A stretch of 63,309 bases of DNA from a virus (lineage: Duplodnaviria > Caudoviricetes). Shown here piece after piece: positions 1 through 9,006 of this stretch (within the stretch, counting starts at the first letter, position 1; each line of letters starts with the position of its first letter). The stretch spans positions 1 to 63,309 of IMG/VR virus record IMGVR_UViG_3300006030_000029. One strand, 5' to 3'. The notes below the pieces were generated by a model that was given only the letters and a program-made list of their open reading frames with translations, had not been told where the DNA came from and did not search any database. The translations under genes and the position numbers were made by a program.

Positions 1-57
1 TCCGGCAGAGGCGGAGATGGCGCAGGAGGCTACGCACTCATCATCACTTATACCTAA
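1..57 (+). CDS. C-terminal end of glycine-rich tail fibre (partial; probably the same gene as 60560-63309)
   Basis: Frame 1 reads SGRGGDGAGGYALIITYT*, a typical ending of phage Gly-rich tail-fibre domains. The gene at the right end is truncated inside a Gly-rich domain. Confidence 0.75.
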   Translation, partial: SGRGGDGAGGYALIITYT

Positions 58-59
58 TC

Positions 60-431
60 ATGCAACGTATCGCCACTATTGAGAATGGTTTCATAACCAA
101 CGTATCTCTTGCAAAAGAGGACTATGTCCTTCGCGAAAACGAAATGTTGGAGGCGGACGCCATTTTGGCCGGAATCTCATTTTACCAAGAACCTCAACCT
201 GCAAAAAAATGGGAGAACGTCCAAGATTTCATGGCGGAGTTCACGATGCCGGAAAAGGCTCAAATCGCCCTCTCAATGGAGCCAACCATTGCAGCCTTGC
301 GCTTAGAACTCACGACTTGGTTTTCTGAGGTTCATGTCGATGATCCCCGCGTCGTCATGGGACTAAGCAAACTTGTCGAGCTTGGCATTATTTCAGATCA
401 ACGAAAAATCGAAATCACATCTACCCCATGA
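60..431 (+). CDS. Putative tail fibre assembly/accessory protein
   Basis: 123-aa acidic ORF directly after the fibre stop. Its C-terminal 'VHVDDPRVVMGLSKLVELGIISDQRKIEI' resembles fibre-adjacent phage proteins. Confidence 0.5.
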   Translation: MQRIATIENGFITNVSLAKEDYVLRENEMLEADAILAGISFYQEPQPAKKWENVQDFMAEFTMPEKAQIALSMEPTIAALRLELTTWFSEVHVDDPRVVMGLSKLVELGIISDQRKIEITSTP

Positions 432-483
432 AAATCCCCTTTTTTCACACGAAAATGTTAACCCAACAATAGTCAAAAATACC

Positions 484-942
484 ATGAGGATACCCATTGA
501 CCCCAATCATTTTGACCTACCTGTGGCCTTGGCATACCAGATCACCGGAGCTTTCATCTCTGGGTTAGGAATAATCGCCACGACAGCCTACGGATGTTAT
601 GCTAAAATTGCCGTGATTTCGCCGGAAGAACTAGCCCTTCAACCTCTGCATGTCGTGTTAATCCTCTTCATTGTTGCCCTTGCTACGTTCATCGCCCTCA
701 TTCTCCGGGCGGTGTGGGGAAAGGGGCTGTCAACAATGAACAGGTTTGCTGATTGTTTGGATGAGCTTACGAAGCTGCTCAAGGATATTGAAAAGGGGAT
801 TAAAGACCTTCAGGAGGATCAAAAGAACTCTCTCAGGGATTTCCAAAACCTGTCTCTTGATGCCCTCAAAGGAGCTTCCAAGGCTTCCAAAAACGACGAC
901 TTGACACATCAAAATCATAAACGTAAGGTTACCTCACCATGA
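484..942 (+). CDS. Membrane protein (2 TM plus coiled coil), holin/antiholin-like
   Basis: Two hydrophobic segments followed by a heptad coiled coil, at the start of the lysis cluster. Start taken at ATG 484. Confidence 0.5.
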   Translation: MRIPIDPNHFDLPVALAYQITGAFISGLGIIATTAYGCYAKIAVISPEELALQPLHVVLILFIVALATFIALILRAVWGKGLSTMNRFADCLDELTKLLKDIEKGIKDLQEDQKNSLRDFQNLSLDALKGASKASKNDDLTHQNHKRKVTSP

Positions 943-1124
943 GTATTATCACCTACATCTCCTCTCACTGGGTTGAAATCGGCGCTGCAATCGGCCTCAT
1001 CATGGGCGGTGCTCGCATCATTGTGAAGCTCACGCCGACTCCAAAGGACGACACGATCCTTGAAAAGATCATCGGTTTGCTTCGCCATGTTGGCCTCAAC
1101 GTCACCGACAAGAAGCCGGAATGA
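939..1124 (+). CDS. Putative holin
   Basis: 61 aa with one TM segment followed by 'KLTPTPKDD', a motif common in small phage holins. ATGA-coupled, with TAAGGT upstream. Confidence 0.6.
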   Translation: MSIITYISSHWVEIGAAIGLIMGGARIIVKLTPTPKDDTILEKIIGLLRHVGLNVTDKKPE

Positions 1125-1360
1125 CCATCGTCGCCGCCATTACTGCCGCTTTTGAAGCCTTTGCGTCTCTCGCGAAGGCTTTTCCTTTGTGGCTCCAATG
1201 GCAGGTGACGAAGGAATGCGAAAACCTCACTGAAAAGATCATCGACCATGAAAACAAAGGCACTCCTGCTGACCGTAGCATTGCTGACCGGCTGCGCTCA
1301 AACCTCGCCTACCGTCGCCAACTCAATGCAACTCTTCAGTCCAGACACACTGGAGATTGA
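1121..1360 (+). CDS. Putative inner-membrane spanin subunit (Rz-like)
   Basis: N-terminal hydrophobic helix and charged helical tail; overlaps the lipoprotein gene in another frame. Confidence 0.45.
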   Translation: MTIVAAITAAFEAFASLAKAFPLWLQWQVTKECENLTEKIIDHENKGTPADRSIADRLRSNLAYRRQLNATLQSRHTGD

Positions 1361-1475
1361 GGCTGGAACGACCATTCGGACCAAGGATGGCGTTTACAAG
1401 GCTCAGGTGAACGAGCGTTGGTATTCGGCTGACCTTTACATGAAGCGCGTTCAAGAAGCCCTTAACCAAAAATAA
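1248..1475 (+). CDS. Lipoprotein, putative outer-membrane spanin (Rz1-like)
   Basis: Signal peptide MKTKALLLTVALLTG-C with a lipobox; overlapping i-/o-spanin arrangement, implying a diderm host. Confidence 0.6.
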   Translation: MKTKALLLTVALLTGCAQTSPTVANSMQLFSPDTLEIEAGTTIRTKDGVYKAQVNERWYSADLYMKRVQEALNQK

Positions 1476-1476
1476 T

Positions 1477-2475
1477 ATGAAAAACTGGTCAACCGCCGTT
1501 CACGAAACACAGGAAATTCGCCACAAAAAGACCGTGGCTGACTTTGAAACCGAGCGTAAAAACCTCTTAGCCATCATCTCGGAAAAAGACCAGCAGCTTA
1601 ATACAGCTCTTGGTATTTGTTCGGAAAAGCCAAGGCCATCTAAGATCAAGGTTTCTCCATTAGCAGACGGCGAGGCCACTTTTGTAGCCGTGGCGTCCGA
1701 CTGGCACGTTGAAGAGACAGTTGAGGGCAAGACAATCAACAATCTAAACGAGTTCAATCTGGACATCGCCGAGCAGCGCATCAATCGTTTCTGGCAATCC
1801 ATTGTTCGCATGGCCGAGATTCAGCGTCACGGAGCCAAAATTGACCGCCTTGTGCTCGTTTTGGGCGGTGATTTGATGACAGGTTACATCCACGAGGAAC
1901 TGATGGAGAACAACGCCCTGTCGCCCACACAGACGGTTCTGTGGCTTCAAGATCAAATTGCTAGTGGGGTTGAGCTTTTGTCAAAGCACTTCGGAGAGAT
2001 GGTAATTCCCTGTGTCTATGGAAATCATGGTCGCAACACTCGCAAACCACGACACGCCACAGGTGCCGCCAACTCCTACGAGTGGATGCTCTACAAAACG
2101 ATGGCGAAGCACATGGGCAGCAAAGCCGAATGGCACGTTTCCGATGGCTACCATCTGCTTCTTGACCTCTACGGAAAGACTCTTCGCATTCATCACGGGG
2201 ACGGGCTTCAATACCAAGGTGGCGTCGGTGGTCTGACAATTCCCGTCGAAAAGGCCATCGCGTCTTGGAACAAGGGTGTTCCGGCAGACCTCGACATCTT
2301 TGGTCACTGGCACCAGAGCCAGCAGAATCCGAAGTGGATTTGCAACGGGAGTTTGATTGGATACAACGCCTACTCGGTTGTCATCAAAGCCCCATACGAG
2401 CCACCATCCCAAACGGGATTCATTTTCGACAAACGCTACGGAAGAACAGTCACCTTCCCGATCTTTGTCGGATAA
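1477..2475 (+). CDS. Calcineurin-like metallophosphoesterase
   Basis: Complete motif set: SDWH, GGD, GNH, HHGD, GHWH. Confidence 0.85.
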   Translation: MKNWSTAVHETQEIRHKKTVADFETERKNLLAIISEKDQQLNTALGICSEKPRPSKIKVSPLADGEATFVAVASDWHVEETVEGKTINNLNEFNLDIAEQRINRFWQSIVRMAEIQRHGAKIDRLVLVLGGDLMTGYIHEELMENNALSPTQTVLWLQDQIASGVELLSKHFGEMVIPCVYGNHGRNTRKPRHATGAANSYEWMLYKTMAKHMGSKAEWHVSDGYHLLLDLYGKTLRIHHGDGLQYQGGVGGLTIPVEKAIASWNKGVPADLDIFGHWHQSQQNPKWICNGSLIGYNAYSVVIKAPYEPPSQTGFIFDKRYGRTVTFPIFVG

Positions 2476-2515
2476 ACAACGCAGAAACAAGAACATAAAC
2501 CACGCAAACCACACT

Positions 2516-2917
2516 ATGAATTGGCAAAAAGCAGTCGATAAAATCAACGTCCAAAAGTTCAGCATTCCGGCAGGTTGGGACACCAAAGACAAGATCGCAG
2601 CCGAGCTTCAATGCTCTCCAGAACGGGTTCACGACCTGCTCAAGGGTGGTCTGGCATCAGGGGCTTTTGAGACGCAAGAGTTTCCGGTTTGGGACATGAA
2701 GCGTCGGATGACGGTTCGGGTGCGCTGCTACCGGCAGAAGCCAGAGGATGGCAAAGAACCACCCAAGCAAGGCGAAGCGGCCCGATTCCAAGGCATGTCG
2801 CTTGAGGATCGAATTTTGTCCGCTATTGAACGTCACAAGGGTCAGAACAACAGCTACATCGCCAAACGTGTCAACGGAGCAACCGCCTCAATGGTTGCCA
2901 AGCTGAGAAGTAAGTGA
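2516..2917 (+). CDS. Putative HTH DNA-binding protein
   Basis: 'KIAAELQCSPERVHDLLK' and 'SYIAKRVNGATASMVAKLR' are HTH-like. Confidence 0.5.
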   Translation: MNWQKAVDKINVQKFSIPAGWDTKDKIAAELQCSPERVHDLLKGGLASGAFETQEFPVWDMKRRMTVRVRCYRQKPEDGKEPPKQGEAARFQGMSLEDRILSAIERHKGQNNSYIAKRVNGATASMVAKLRSK

Positions 2918-3171
2918 AACCAAGCTCCATTACCGTTCTACGTCGCAAGCTCGGGAGACATCGTGCTCTCGGGCTTGCTCATGGCAATGGACGCATCGAG
3001 ATAGACGACCGCCTTCGTGGGAAGCCCCACCTCCGCATTCTCATCCATGAGTTCCTCCACGAATGGGAATGGGCACTACCCGAGGAAGTGGTGGACAAAC
3101 TGAGCACCGATATGGCGGAGTTCCTTCACAAGCACAAAGCACGAATGATTGAGGAGGATATGGAGCCATGA
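2914..3171 (+). CDS. Small zincin-like metallopeptidase
   Basis: HExxH (HEFLH) with a downstream EE, preceded by 'GRIEIDDRL'. Confidence 0.65.
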   Translation: MKPSSITVLRRKLGRHRALGLAHGNGRIEIDDRLRGKPHLRILIHEFLHEWEWALPEEVVDKLSTDMAEFLHKHKARMIEEDMEP

Positions 3172-3272
3172 TGATTGCAGAATTTCCACCAGCTATGTTT
3201 TGCGGCCTACTCTTCACGGCGGTTGCGCTTACCATTTGGGGTCTTATCATCATTTTTAATCAAGACGTATGA
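3168..3272 (+). CDS. 34-aa single-TM peptide (not in ORF track)
   Basis: MMIAEFPPAMFCGLLFTAVALTIWGLIIIFNQDV*, ATGA-coupled to both neighbours. Confidence 0.55.
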   Translation: MMIAEFPPAMFCGLLFTAVALTIWGLIIIFNQDV

Positions 3273-3835
3273 ACCAGAACGACATCAAGAAAATCCAGAG
3301 CAAAATCGGCGTCGAACCAGATGGTTTTTGGGGTCCGAAAAGCATCGCCGCCTGCCAAGCCTACTTGCGTAAGCTGATGCCAAAAACGAATCCTTGGCCC
3401 AAGGCAGACCAAGCAAGCCTTACCAAGTTCTATGGAGAACCGGGTGATGAGTCGCAACTGACGCCGCTAGCTGTTGCTGATTTGGGCATCCTTTACGATG
3501 GCAAGCCCGTCAAGATCATCCGATGCCACAAGAAGGTGGCGGCGAGTTTAAGGCGCATTCTGGAGGCCATCGCTGCCTCGCCACACAAACGCATCTTGGA
3601 AAAGTATGCTGGATGCTTCAACAACCGCAAAATGCGTGGAGGAAGCCTGCCTAGCTTGCATGCCCGTGGAGCCGCTGTTGACCTTGATCCTGATGACAAC
3701 GGCAATCTGGTTCCTTGGCCTACGCGAGCCACCATGCCGCTTGAGGTGATGGAAATCTTTGCCAAAGAGGGGTGGATTCCGGCAGGTGCTTTTTGGATTA
3801 GGGATGCAATGCATGCAGAAGCCACCAGATTCTAA
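3269..3835 (+). CDS. Endolysin: peptidoglycan-binding N-terminus plus M15 (L-Ala-D-Glu) peptidase
   Basis: 'IQSKIGVEPDGFWGPKS' PG-binding motif; SLHARGAAVD (SxHxxGxAxD) and DAMH zinc ligands. Confidence 0.85.
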   Translation: MNQNDIKKIQSKIGVEPDGFWGPKSIAACQAYLRKLMPKTNPWPKADQASLTKFYGEPGDESQLTPLAVADLGILYDGKPVKIIRCHKKVAASLRRILEAIAASPHKRILEKYAGCFNNRKMRGGSLPSLHARGAAVDLDPDDNGNLVPWPTRATMPLEVMEIFAKEGWIPAGAFWIRDAMHAEATRF

Positions 3836-4290
3836 CCCAAATGCTTGTGGCATTTAATACAAACTGGTTGAACATCATAGCGATTCTCAAATGAGTATCC
3901 CTTGTAATGATGATAGTGAGCTGCTTGCTCACCGCATTCAACACATGCCAAGCTAGTTGCTTTTGGCATTCTTCCAAATCTAACCCTTTGATTCACAAGT
4001 GCCCTTGCTTTAATTTTTTCGGGGTTATTTTGTCTGGCTTTTTGATTCCTAGCTTTAGCTACCTTTGCTCTCTTCTCGGGATTTTCAGAAACCCATTTAA
4101 TAGCCTGTTTGATTCTGTTGATGCGGTATCCAGCATCTTGAGAGTACCTCTTTTGGTGATAGATAGCATTGTATTTTTTAACGCATTCAAAGCACCTTGC
4201 TCTTTTTCCATACAAGCCACGCTTTTGTGATCCAAACATATTTAGGGATTTTTCAATCCCACAGCATGTGCATTTTTTTGATATTTCCAT
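3832..4290 (-). mobile_element. Free-standing HNH homing-endonuclease-like gene
   Basis: Zn-finger CxxC motifs and 'CVECG..AHYHH..YDVQPVCIKCH'; AT-rich and antisense to its neighbours. Confidence 0.75.
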
Positions 4291-4342
4291 TTTTGATTAT
4301 GGCGCACGCTGAATTTAAATGCAAGCACTTTCAAGCTACACA

Positions 4343-4513
4343 ATGACCAATCCCCCTCCAAAATGGATCATCGAAGGCAAAGAATTTGGCGTTTGGGAAA
4401 CCTTGGATGAAGCCGATTCCTACGAGGATGCTGTGATTCTAGCCAGCGTCCAATGTTCCAACCTGCCAGAGGATCGCATACGCATCAGCACGCCCGAGAA
4501 TGAGATTCTATGA
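4343..4513 (+). CDS. Hypothetical protein
   Basis: MTNPPPKW...; its ATG overlaps the TGA of the relic endolysin end. Confidence 0.55.
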   Translation: MTNPPPKWIIEGKEFGVWETLDEADSYEDAVILASVQCSNLPEDRIRISTPENEIL

Positions 4514-4701
4514 CCCCAATCGAACACCTCATGCAGGACTTCAACAAAACCGCTCCCGTTTGCCGCCAGCACAAGGAGCGGCCTCAGATCGGTTTTGACG
4601 GCGTGTGGTTTATCGAGTGCCCCAAAGGATGTTCAATGCACGATGGCGACAATCCGGGCGTCACGCCGATCATGGTTCGGTGGGTTGAGGAGATGAGGTA
4701 G
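4510..4701 (+). CDS. Small Cys-containing hypothetical protein
   Basis: ATGA-coupled; CxxH and CxxxC motifs. Confidence 0.55.
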   Translation: MTPIEHLMQDFNKTAPVCRQHKERPQIGFDGVWFIECPKGCSMHDGDNPGVTPIMVRWVEEMR

Positions 4702-5008
4702 GTGGAACATCTGCGACATCCTTCGTGTGTGCCGAGTAAATCAATACCGCCACGGGGGCGATTCCGAAATGCCACTCGCTGACATTCCCACAGAGGCGGC
4801 ATTTATAAGTGCCAAGTCCTTCGCCATTGCTCGCCAGCCAGTAGGCTTGGTCGTTGAGCATGTCGTGGCATTTTGGGCAGTAGGTTACGCATCCGCAGTT
4901 CTGGATGATGTCGCGCTCTCTCCGTGTCCACCGCCAACGGCGAACAAGGCGCTGGACCCAACTGCATGGGCCTTCCTGTTCCTCTCTGAGTCTTCTATGA
5001 CTGTTCAC
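4670..5008 (-). CDS. Zn-ribbon protein on a decayed attC-type cassette
   Basis: CPKC and CRLC motifs. The N-terminus 'SWVQRLVRR' is encoded across an attC arm (4938-4965). Confidence 0.6.
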   Translation of the reverse strand: MNSHRRLREEQEGPCSWVQRLVRRWRWTRRERDIIQNCGCVTYCPKCHDMLNDQAYWLASNGEGLGTYKCRLCGNVSEWHFGIAPVAVLIYSAHTKDVADVPPTSSPQPTEP

Positions 5009-6080
5009 ACCACCACCCTCCTTCCCAGCTTCTTAGGCTCAACCTTGGTGTGTAGATTCGTTTCCATGACAATCATTCCGGCCTCGGTCTTGTAAAAGTC
5101 CACGACGTATTTGCAGGCGATGCCTTGGTCAAGATTGCGCCGGATCAAACGTGCGGCCCTCTCAGGCTCAAACACGGATTCGTGGAGTCCTTCAATGATG
5201 GCGTCCTCTAGGGTTTGGTCTTCGTAGGTCATATCTTCTTCGGTATCCCCTGACCAAACACCAGCTTCGGCTTGCTTACAACCACTTTTGGAGCCTCAAT
5301 TTTAGGCTGCGGAATGCTGTAAGGCACGCGGTTATTTGCGGACCAAGCATGGAACGCCGTTGGAAACATGGCATCACCTGTGCAGAGGCAGCAGGTGTTC
5401 CACAAGGAACGCCCTGCGTTGTGGCAGGTGGGGCAGAGGTCAGGCATCACTTCCATTCATGGTTACAAAAAGGGCAATGCCAACTCCAATGGCGGTCGTT
5501 GCGAATTTCGCCAATAACCTTCGAGAAGTGTGTTTTATTCCCAAATAGATGCCGTGACTTTTCCGGTATCTCTTTGCCGGTCAGGTCGGCTTTGCACTTG
5601 GGGCAGGAGTAGGGTGTCATGTGTTTTTCTTCTTTTCGCAAAACATCTCACAAAGCCCATCAACCTCAGTCTCGTAAACGAATGGAAACTCAGCCCGAGT
5701 CTCTCCGTCCTTTGGAGGATTAGTCGTGATGGGCGCTAGGCAGACGTGACCCTTGCAGACTCCGGCGCGGCCTTTCAAGAGTCCTAGATGGATGCAGGAG
5801 TGGCAGGTATTCATATCCTTAACCTTACGCTTATTCGGATGGGCGGTCAAGGTTTGGTTGGGGTGCATGGTTTGCGCCATTGCTTTTTGGGGATTCCTCG
5901 CGGTCTTCTGCCTTTGCAGTCCATCAGTTCAGCGTAAAGCGCATCGCTGATTTCTTGGCCGATGAGTTGGTGCATCCAACCTTTGTGGAGGGGATACTGA
6001 AGACCGAGCGTGGCTATCTGCCGAGCGTTAGGCGCGTTACAGTTGAAAAGGGCCTCAAGTTTTTGTCGGGTTAGGGTCAT
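5005..6080 (-). CDS. Run of five small coupled hypothetical genes (5005-5232, 5229-5456, 5447-5620, 5617-5814, 5847-6080), several with CxxC motifs
   Basis: Mostly overlapping stop/start codons on the minus strand; CPTC, CPKC/CPFC and CHSC motifs. Confidence 0.55.
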
Positions 6081-6583
6081 AGGTTCTTCTTGCGCTTAAA
6101 GTAAGATTGAATTTTTTCCAAATCTTCGTCGGAAAGCAAAAACCACTCTCCTCTTTTTCTTTGTTTCGAGAACATTATATGGAGGTATTTCTCATCTTCG
6201 ATAGTTCCCTCGAAATAAAACATCAGCTCAATCTCTGGTTCTTGGGCCTGTAATGTATTCTCTCTGAATTTTGGACTAGTTCTAGTGTGCCCTATTTTAT
6301 AATAACCAGAGCCGTTCCTCATTACATATATGTTGGTTGCGGAGGTTTTGCGGTCTGGTTTGATGGATGTTTTGGTGCTGTCTCTAAGCATCAGGAGCTT
6401 ATCGTTCATCTCGTCAATGGATTCATCGGAGTCAAAATCGACCAAATAATCATCAAGCATTCCCCTCAAAAAAAGGACTTCACTAATAGAGGGCAAAATT
6501 CCGTTTAGAAATGGTCTGGTCTTACCGCCAAGCGTTCTAAACAAGATGATGTCTCCGACAAGAAATGAACTGGTTGTTTCCAT
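6077..6583 (-). CDS. GIY-YIG superfamily (T5orf172/MUG113-like) nuclease
   Basis: 'IYVMRNGSGYYKIGHT...E..LH..FSKQRKRGEWF'; AT-rich. Start taken at ATG 6583. Confidence 0.8.
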   Translation of the reverse strand: METTSSFLVGDIILFRTLGGKTRPFLNGILPSISEVLFLRGMLDDYLVDFDSDESIDEMNDKLLMLRDSTKTSIKPDRKTSATNIYVMRNGSGYYKIGHTRTSPKFRENTLQAQEPEIELMFYFEGTIEDEKYLHIMFSKQRKRGEWFLLSDEDLEKIQSYFKRKKNL

Positions 6584-6599
6584 AAGCGTAAATACTCCC

Positions 6600-6945
6600 A
6601 CCCCTTCTCTGGCAAGACCCCTCCTCTCCCCGTAACCAAATACGGTGAGCAAGAGAGGCGACCTCCGTAACTTGTTTATCCTCGCAAACGGACTTGCGCC
6701 CCACAACGAGTCTCCCGTGTTAGGCTGCTACGGGAAGCACTGAAATCTCACTGTCTGCATGTCGAGCATTCCTGCCTTACGGCGGGGCCACTTACTGTTT
6801 CACAACGGGAGCAGCCTTTGCGGGTAGCCTCTTTTGCTGAGTAGGCTAAGGATCACGGCATGAAAAAGCCCCGCATCCGGGTGGCATGGAGGCGGGGCTT
6901 TCTACTTCGGGATTGCCGGATTGCTCCGGTGCCACCCAAAGCAAG
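6600..6945 (-). ncRNA. Candidate structured RNA / attenuator leader
   Basis: Minus-strand GNRA hairpins CCGGA-GCAA-TCCGG, GCC-GTAA-GGC and GGGC-GCAA-GTCC, long-range pairings, and an internal terminator at about 6862-6901. Confidence 0.5.
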
Positions 6946-6974
6946 CTCTTTCAAGCTGCCCCAACATTAACAAC

Positions 6975-7002
6975 TTGCCCTCACCCGCGCAAGTGATATT
7001 CT
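6975..7002 (+). promoter_or_regulatory. Sigma70-like promoter candidate
   Basis: TTGCCC-N16-TATTCT with TG extension, just before ATG 7011. Confidence 0.4.
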
Positions 7003-7010
7003 CCGAAATT

Positions 7011-7733
7011 ATGGCTAGCAGCACAATTTACCTTTGCAGGAAGAATGGCAGATTCTTCAAATACGACGCCGTTGAAGCTGTGTCCCTCACAGGGGCCATC
7101 CAGACCTTCTCTGGCGTCACCGGGGATGACACGACGAACGTAATCACCATTTCGGGCGCAACGCTGTCAGACGGCCTCCAAATCACGTTTACGCAGAAAA
7201 CAGGCTCCAATATCGTCGCCAACCGGACCTACTTCGCCCGAGACTGCTCAGGGGCTACCTGCAAACTGGAAGAATACGTTGGTGCTGGCGTCTTCACCCT
7301 CGGAACCGCCCTCACGGACGGTAACGTGACCGTCCAGAGCGACGAGTTGAAGGTCTGGTCTAGCGAATACCGGGACATCTTCACAGCCAGCACGCCAATC
7401 CAGACCGATCTTGCGGAGGCGGACGCATCTGGAAATTGGTATGGAGGTCAGGAAGTCACATCCCCCGTCGCCGCCCTGCCAACCGGGCTTAAGAACTACG
7501 ATAGCGTGGTCAACACCCCCGGAGTTCAGGCAGAGGCGACGATATGGCGTCTCACAGCAGACGCCTTTACCGCCAACGTGTCGGACGAAATCAATCATTA
7601 CCCCCTCCGTCAGACCTTCCTTGCCCGCACCCATTGGAAGTTCGACATGGGAGCCAGCGTGGAACCTCGTTACCTCTATGCCGAGTGGCAGACTGGGGAC
7701 GCTGTGGCACCTAATCCGCCCAACACGATCTAA
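7011..7733 (+). CDS. Putative virion structural protein
   Basis: Thr/Ala/Gly-rich, beta-type composition; first gene of a coupled operon. Confidence 0.5.
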   Translation: MASSTIYLCRKNGRFFKYDAVEAVSLTGAIQTFSGVTGDDTTNVITISGATLSDGLQITFTQKTGSNIVANRTYFARDCSGATCKLEEYVGAGVFTLGTALTDGNVTVQSDELKVWSSEYRDIFTASTPIQTDLAEADASGNWYGGQEVTSPVAALPTGLKNYDSVVNTPGVQAEATIWRLTADAFTANVSDEINHYPLRQTFLARTHWKFDMGASVEPRYLYAEWQTGDAVAPNPPNTI

Positions 7734-8569
7734 TGGCCTCCAATTTTCAGCTTCTTCCGACACCAAACCCGGACGAGTTCATGTTCTCGGTCACGGTGCC
7801 TGACCAGAAGATCAACCCGGAACTGTTTCTTTCGCCCGAGAAGCCCCTGTTAAAGGCTGGGGAGACACGCTACCGGGAGTTCCTTTGGGCTGTTAATGCC
7901 GAGAGGGCTAACGAAAAATGGGGCGACTACATCTACGTTTCGTGCTCCAAAGCCGGTGCTGGCGGTATGGCCTTCCTGTTCGGCAAGCCTAAGACTGAGA
8001 ACTCCAAAGACGGCCTCGGAACCAAAAACAAGCCATTCAAGGTGTTTTCCGACACGCAGAACTACACTTGGCCTGCGGTTCTCTACGACCTCTACGCCAT
8101 CAAGACGAACGCCTTCCCGCTGGCAATCAATAATGGTTCCTCGATTGTCACCACACCTCGAATCCTGCCCCGCTATAAGTTCGTCCCGGAGGTAAACTAC
8201 AACTCGCCCATCATTGTCCGGCAGTTCCTTTCGCCTACGCCGTGGAGTGAGGCTGATTTGACCCATGAGCAGCCGGTGCCTACTGATGTCAACGGCTCCT
8301 ACATCGGTGTCAGCATGGACTTCATCCGCTGTTTGCATCCCACGGTTGTCTTTCCAGAGCAGCAATACACGGCGGAGATTATCGTTGGAGTTGGCGTCCA
8401 AAACCCTCCTCCGGGGCGCAATCCGAACAAAACCGTCATCCCGGCTACCAATTTCCTCGACTGGGAGAACTTCATCCTCCGCGACACGCAGCAGTATGTG
8501 AACGGCATGTGGCTTCGTGAACAGGTCGAGATTTTCCCGCCTCCGCAGCCAGAAGAAACCATCCAATGA
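7733..8569 (+). CDS. Putative virion structural protein
   Basis: 278-aa Pro-rich ORF coupled on both sides (TAATG and ATGA). Confidence 0.5.
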   Translation: MASNFQLLPTPNPDEFMFSVTVPDQKINPELFLSPEKPLLKAGETRYREFLWAVNAERANEKWGDYIYVSCSKAGAGGMAFLFGKPKTENSKDGLGTKNKPFKVFSDTQNYTWPAVLYDLYAIKTNAFPLAINNGSSIVTTPRILPRYKFVPEVNYNSPIIVRQFLSPTPWSEADLTHEQPVPTDVNGSYIGVSMDFIRCLHPTVVFPEQQYTAEIIVGVGVQNPPPGRNPNKTVIPATNFLDWENFILRDTQQYVNGMWLREQVEIFPPPQPEETIQ

Positions 8570-9006
8570 TTACGACGGCCAATGGCACCTATGGAACTGA
8601 GGCCAGCCCGTATCAGTCCTCTCCGAAGGAATACGGGGTAGGAGGCATTCTGGCGAACCGGCAGCGAGGATCAGATCAAGTCACCATCCGGCAGACCGCC
8701 AAGCCTGCTGTGAGGTTCGACAACTCGTTTGATGCCACCCCGAGCTTGCAGATCACGCCGATTGGAGTTGGCACTTACATGACATTTACATTTGGAGGAG
8801 CTAGCTACACGGCGCAGGTGAGCGGGATCAGCCAGACGAATCCGGTGACACCAACAACCGTTCCTGCGAGCACGACGGCACCTACGACTGTTGCTCCGAC
8901 CACGGTTCCACCGACCACCTCGCCGCCTACGACACCGCCGCCAACGACAAGCCCTCCCACCACGGTGCCTCCTACTACGGTTCCGCCAACCACGCCGCCT
9001 CCGTAA
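8566..9006 (+). CDS. Protein with C-terminal mucin-like Thr/Pro repeat tail
   Basis: About 10 pentamer units of the type (V/S/P)PPTT at the C-terminus. Confidence 0.75.
   Translation: MITTANGTYGTEASPYQSSPKEYGVGGILANRQRGSDQVTIRQTAKPAVRFDNSFDATPSLQITPIGVGTYMTFTFGGASYTAQVSGISQTNPVTPTTVPASTTAPTTVAPTTVPPTTSPPTTPPPTTSPPTTVPPTTVPPTTPPP

Noticed and set aside
3815-4325. Group I intron in the endolysin
   Set aside because: The insert is almost entirely an antisense ORF, leaving no room for a ribozyme core, and the endolysin has its own stop.
8842-9003. CRISPR array or DNA tandem repeat
   Set aside because: The repeat is at protein level with varied codons; no identical repeats with spacers here or elsewhere in the window.
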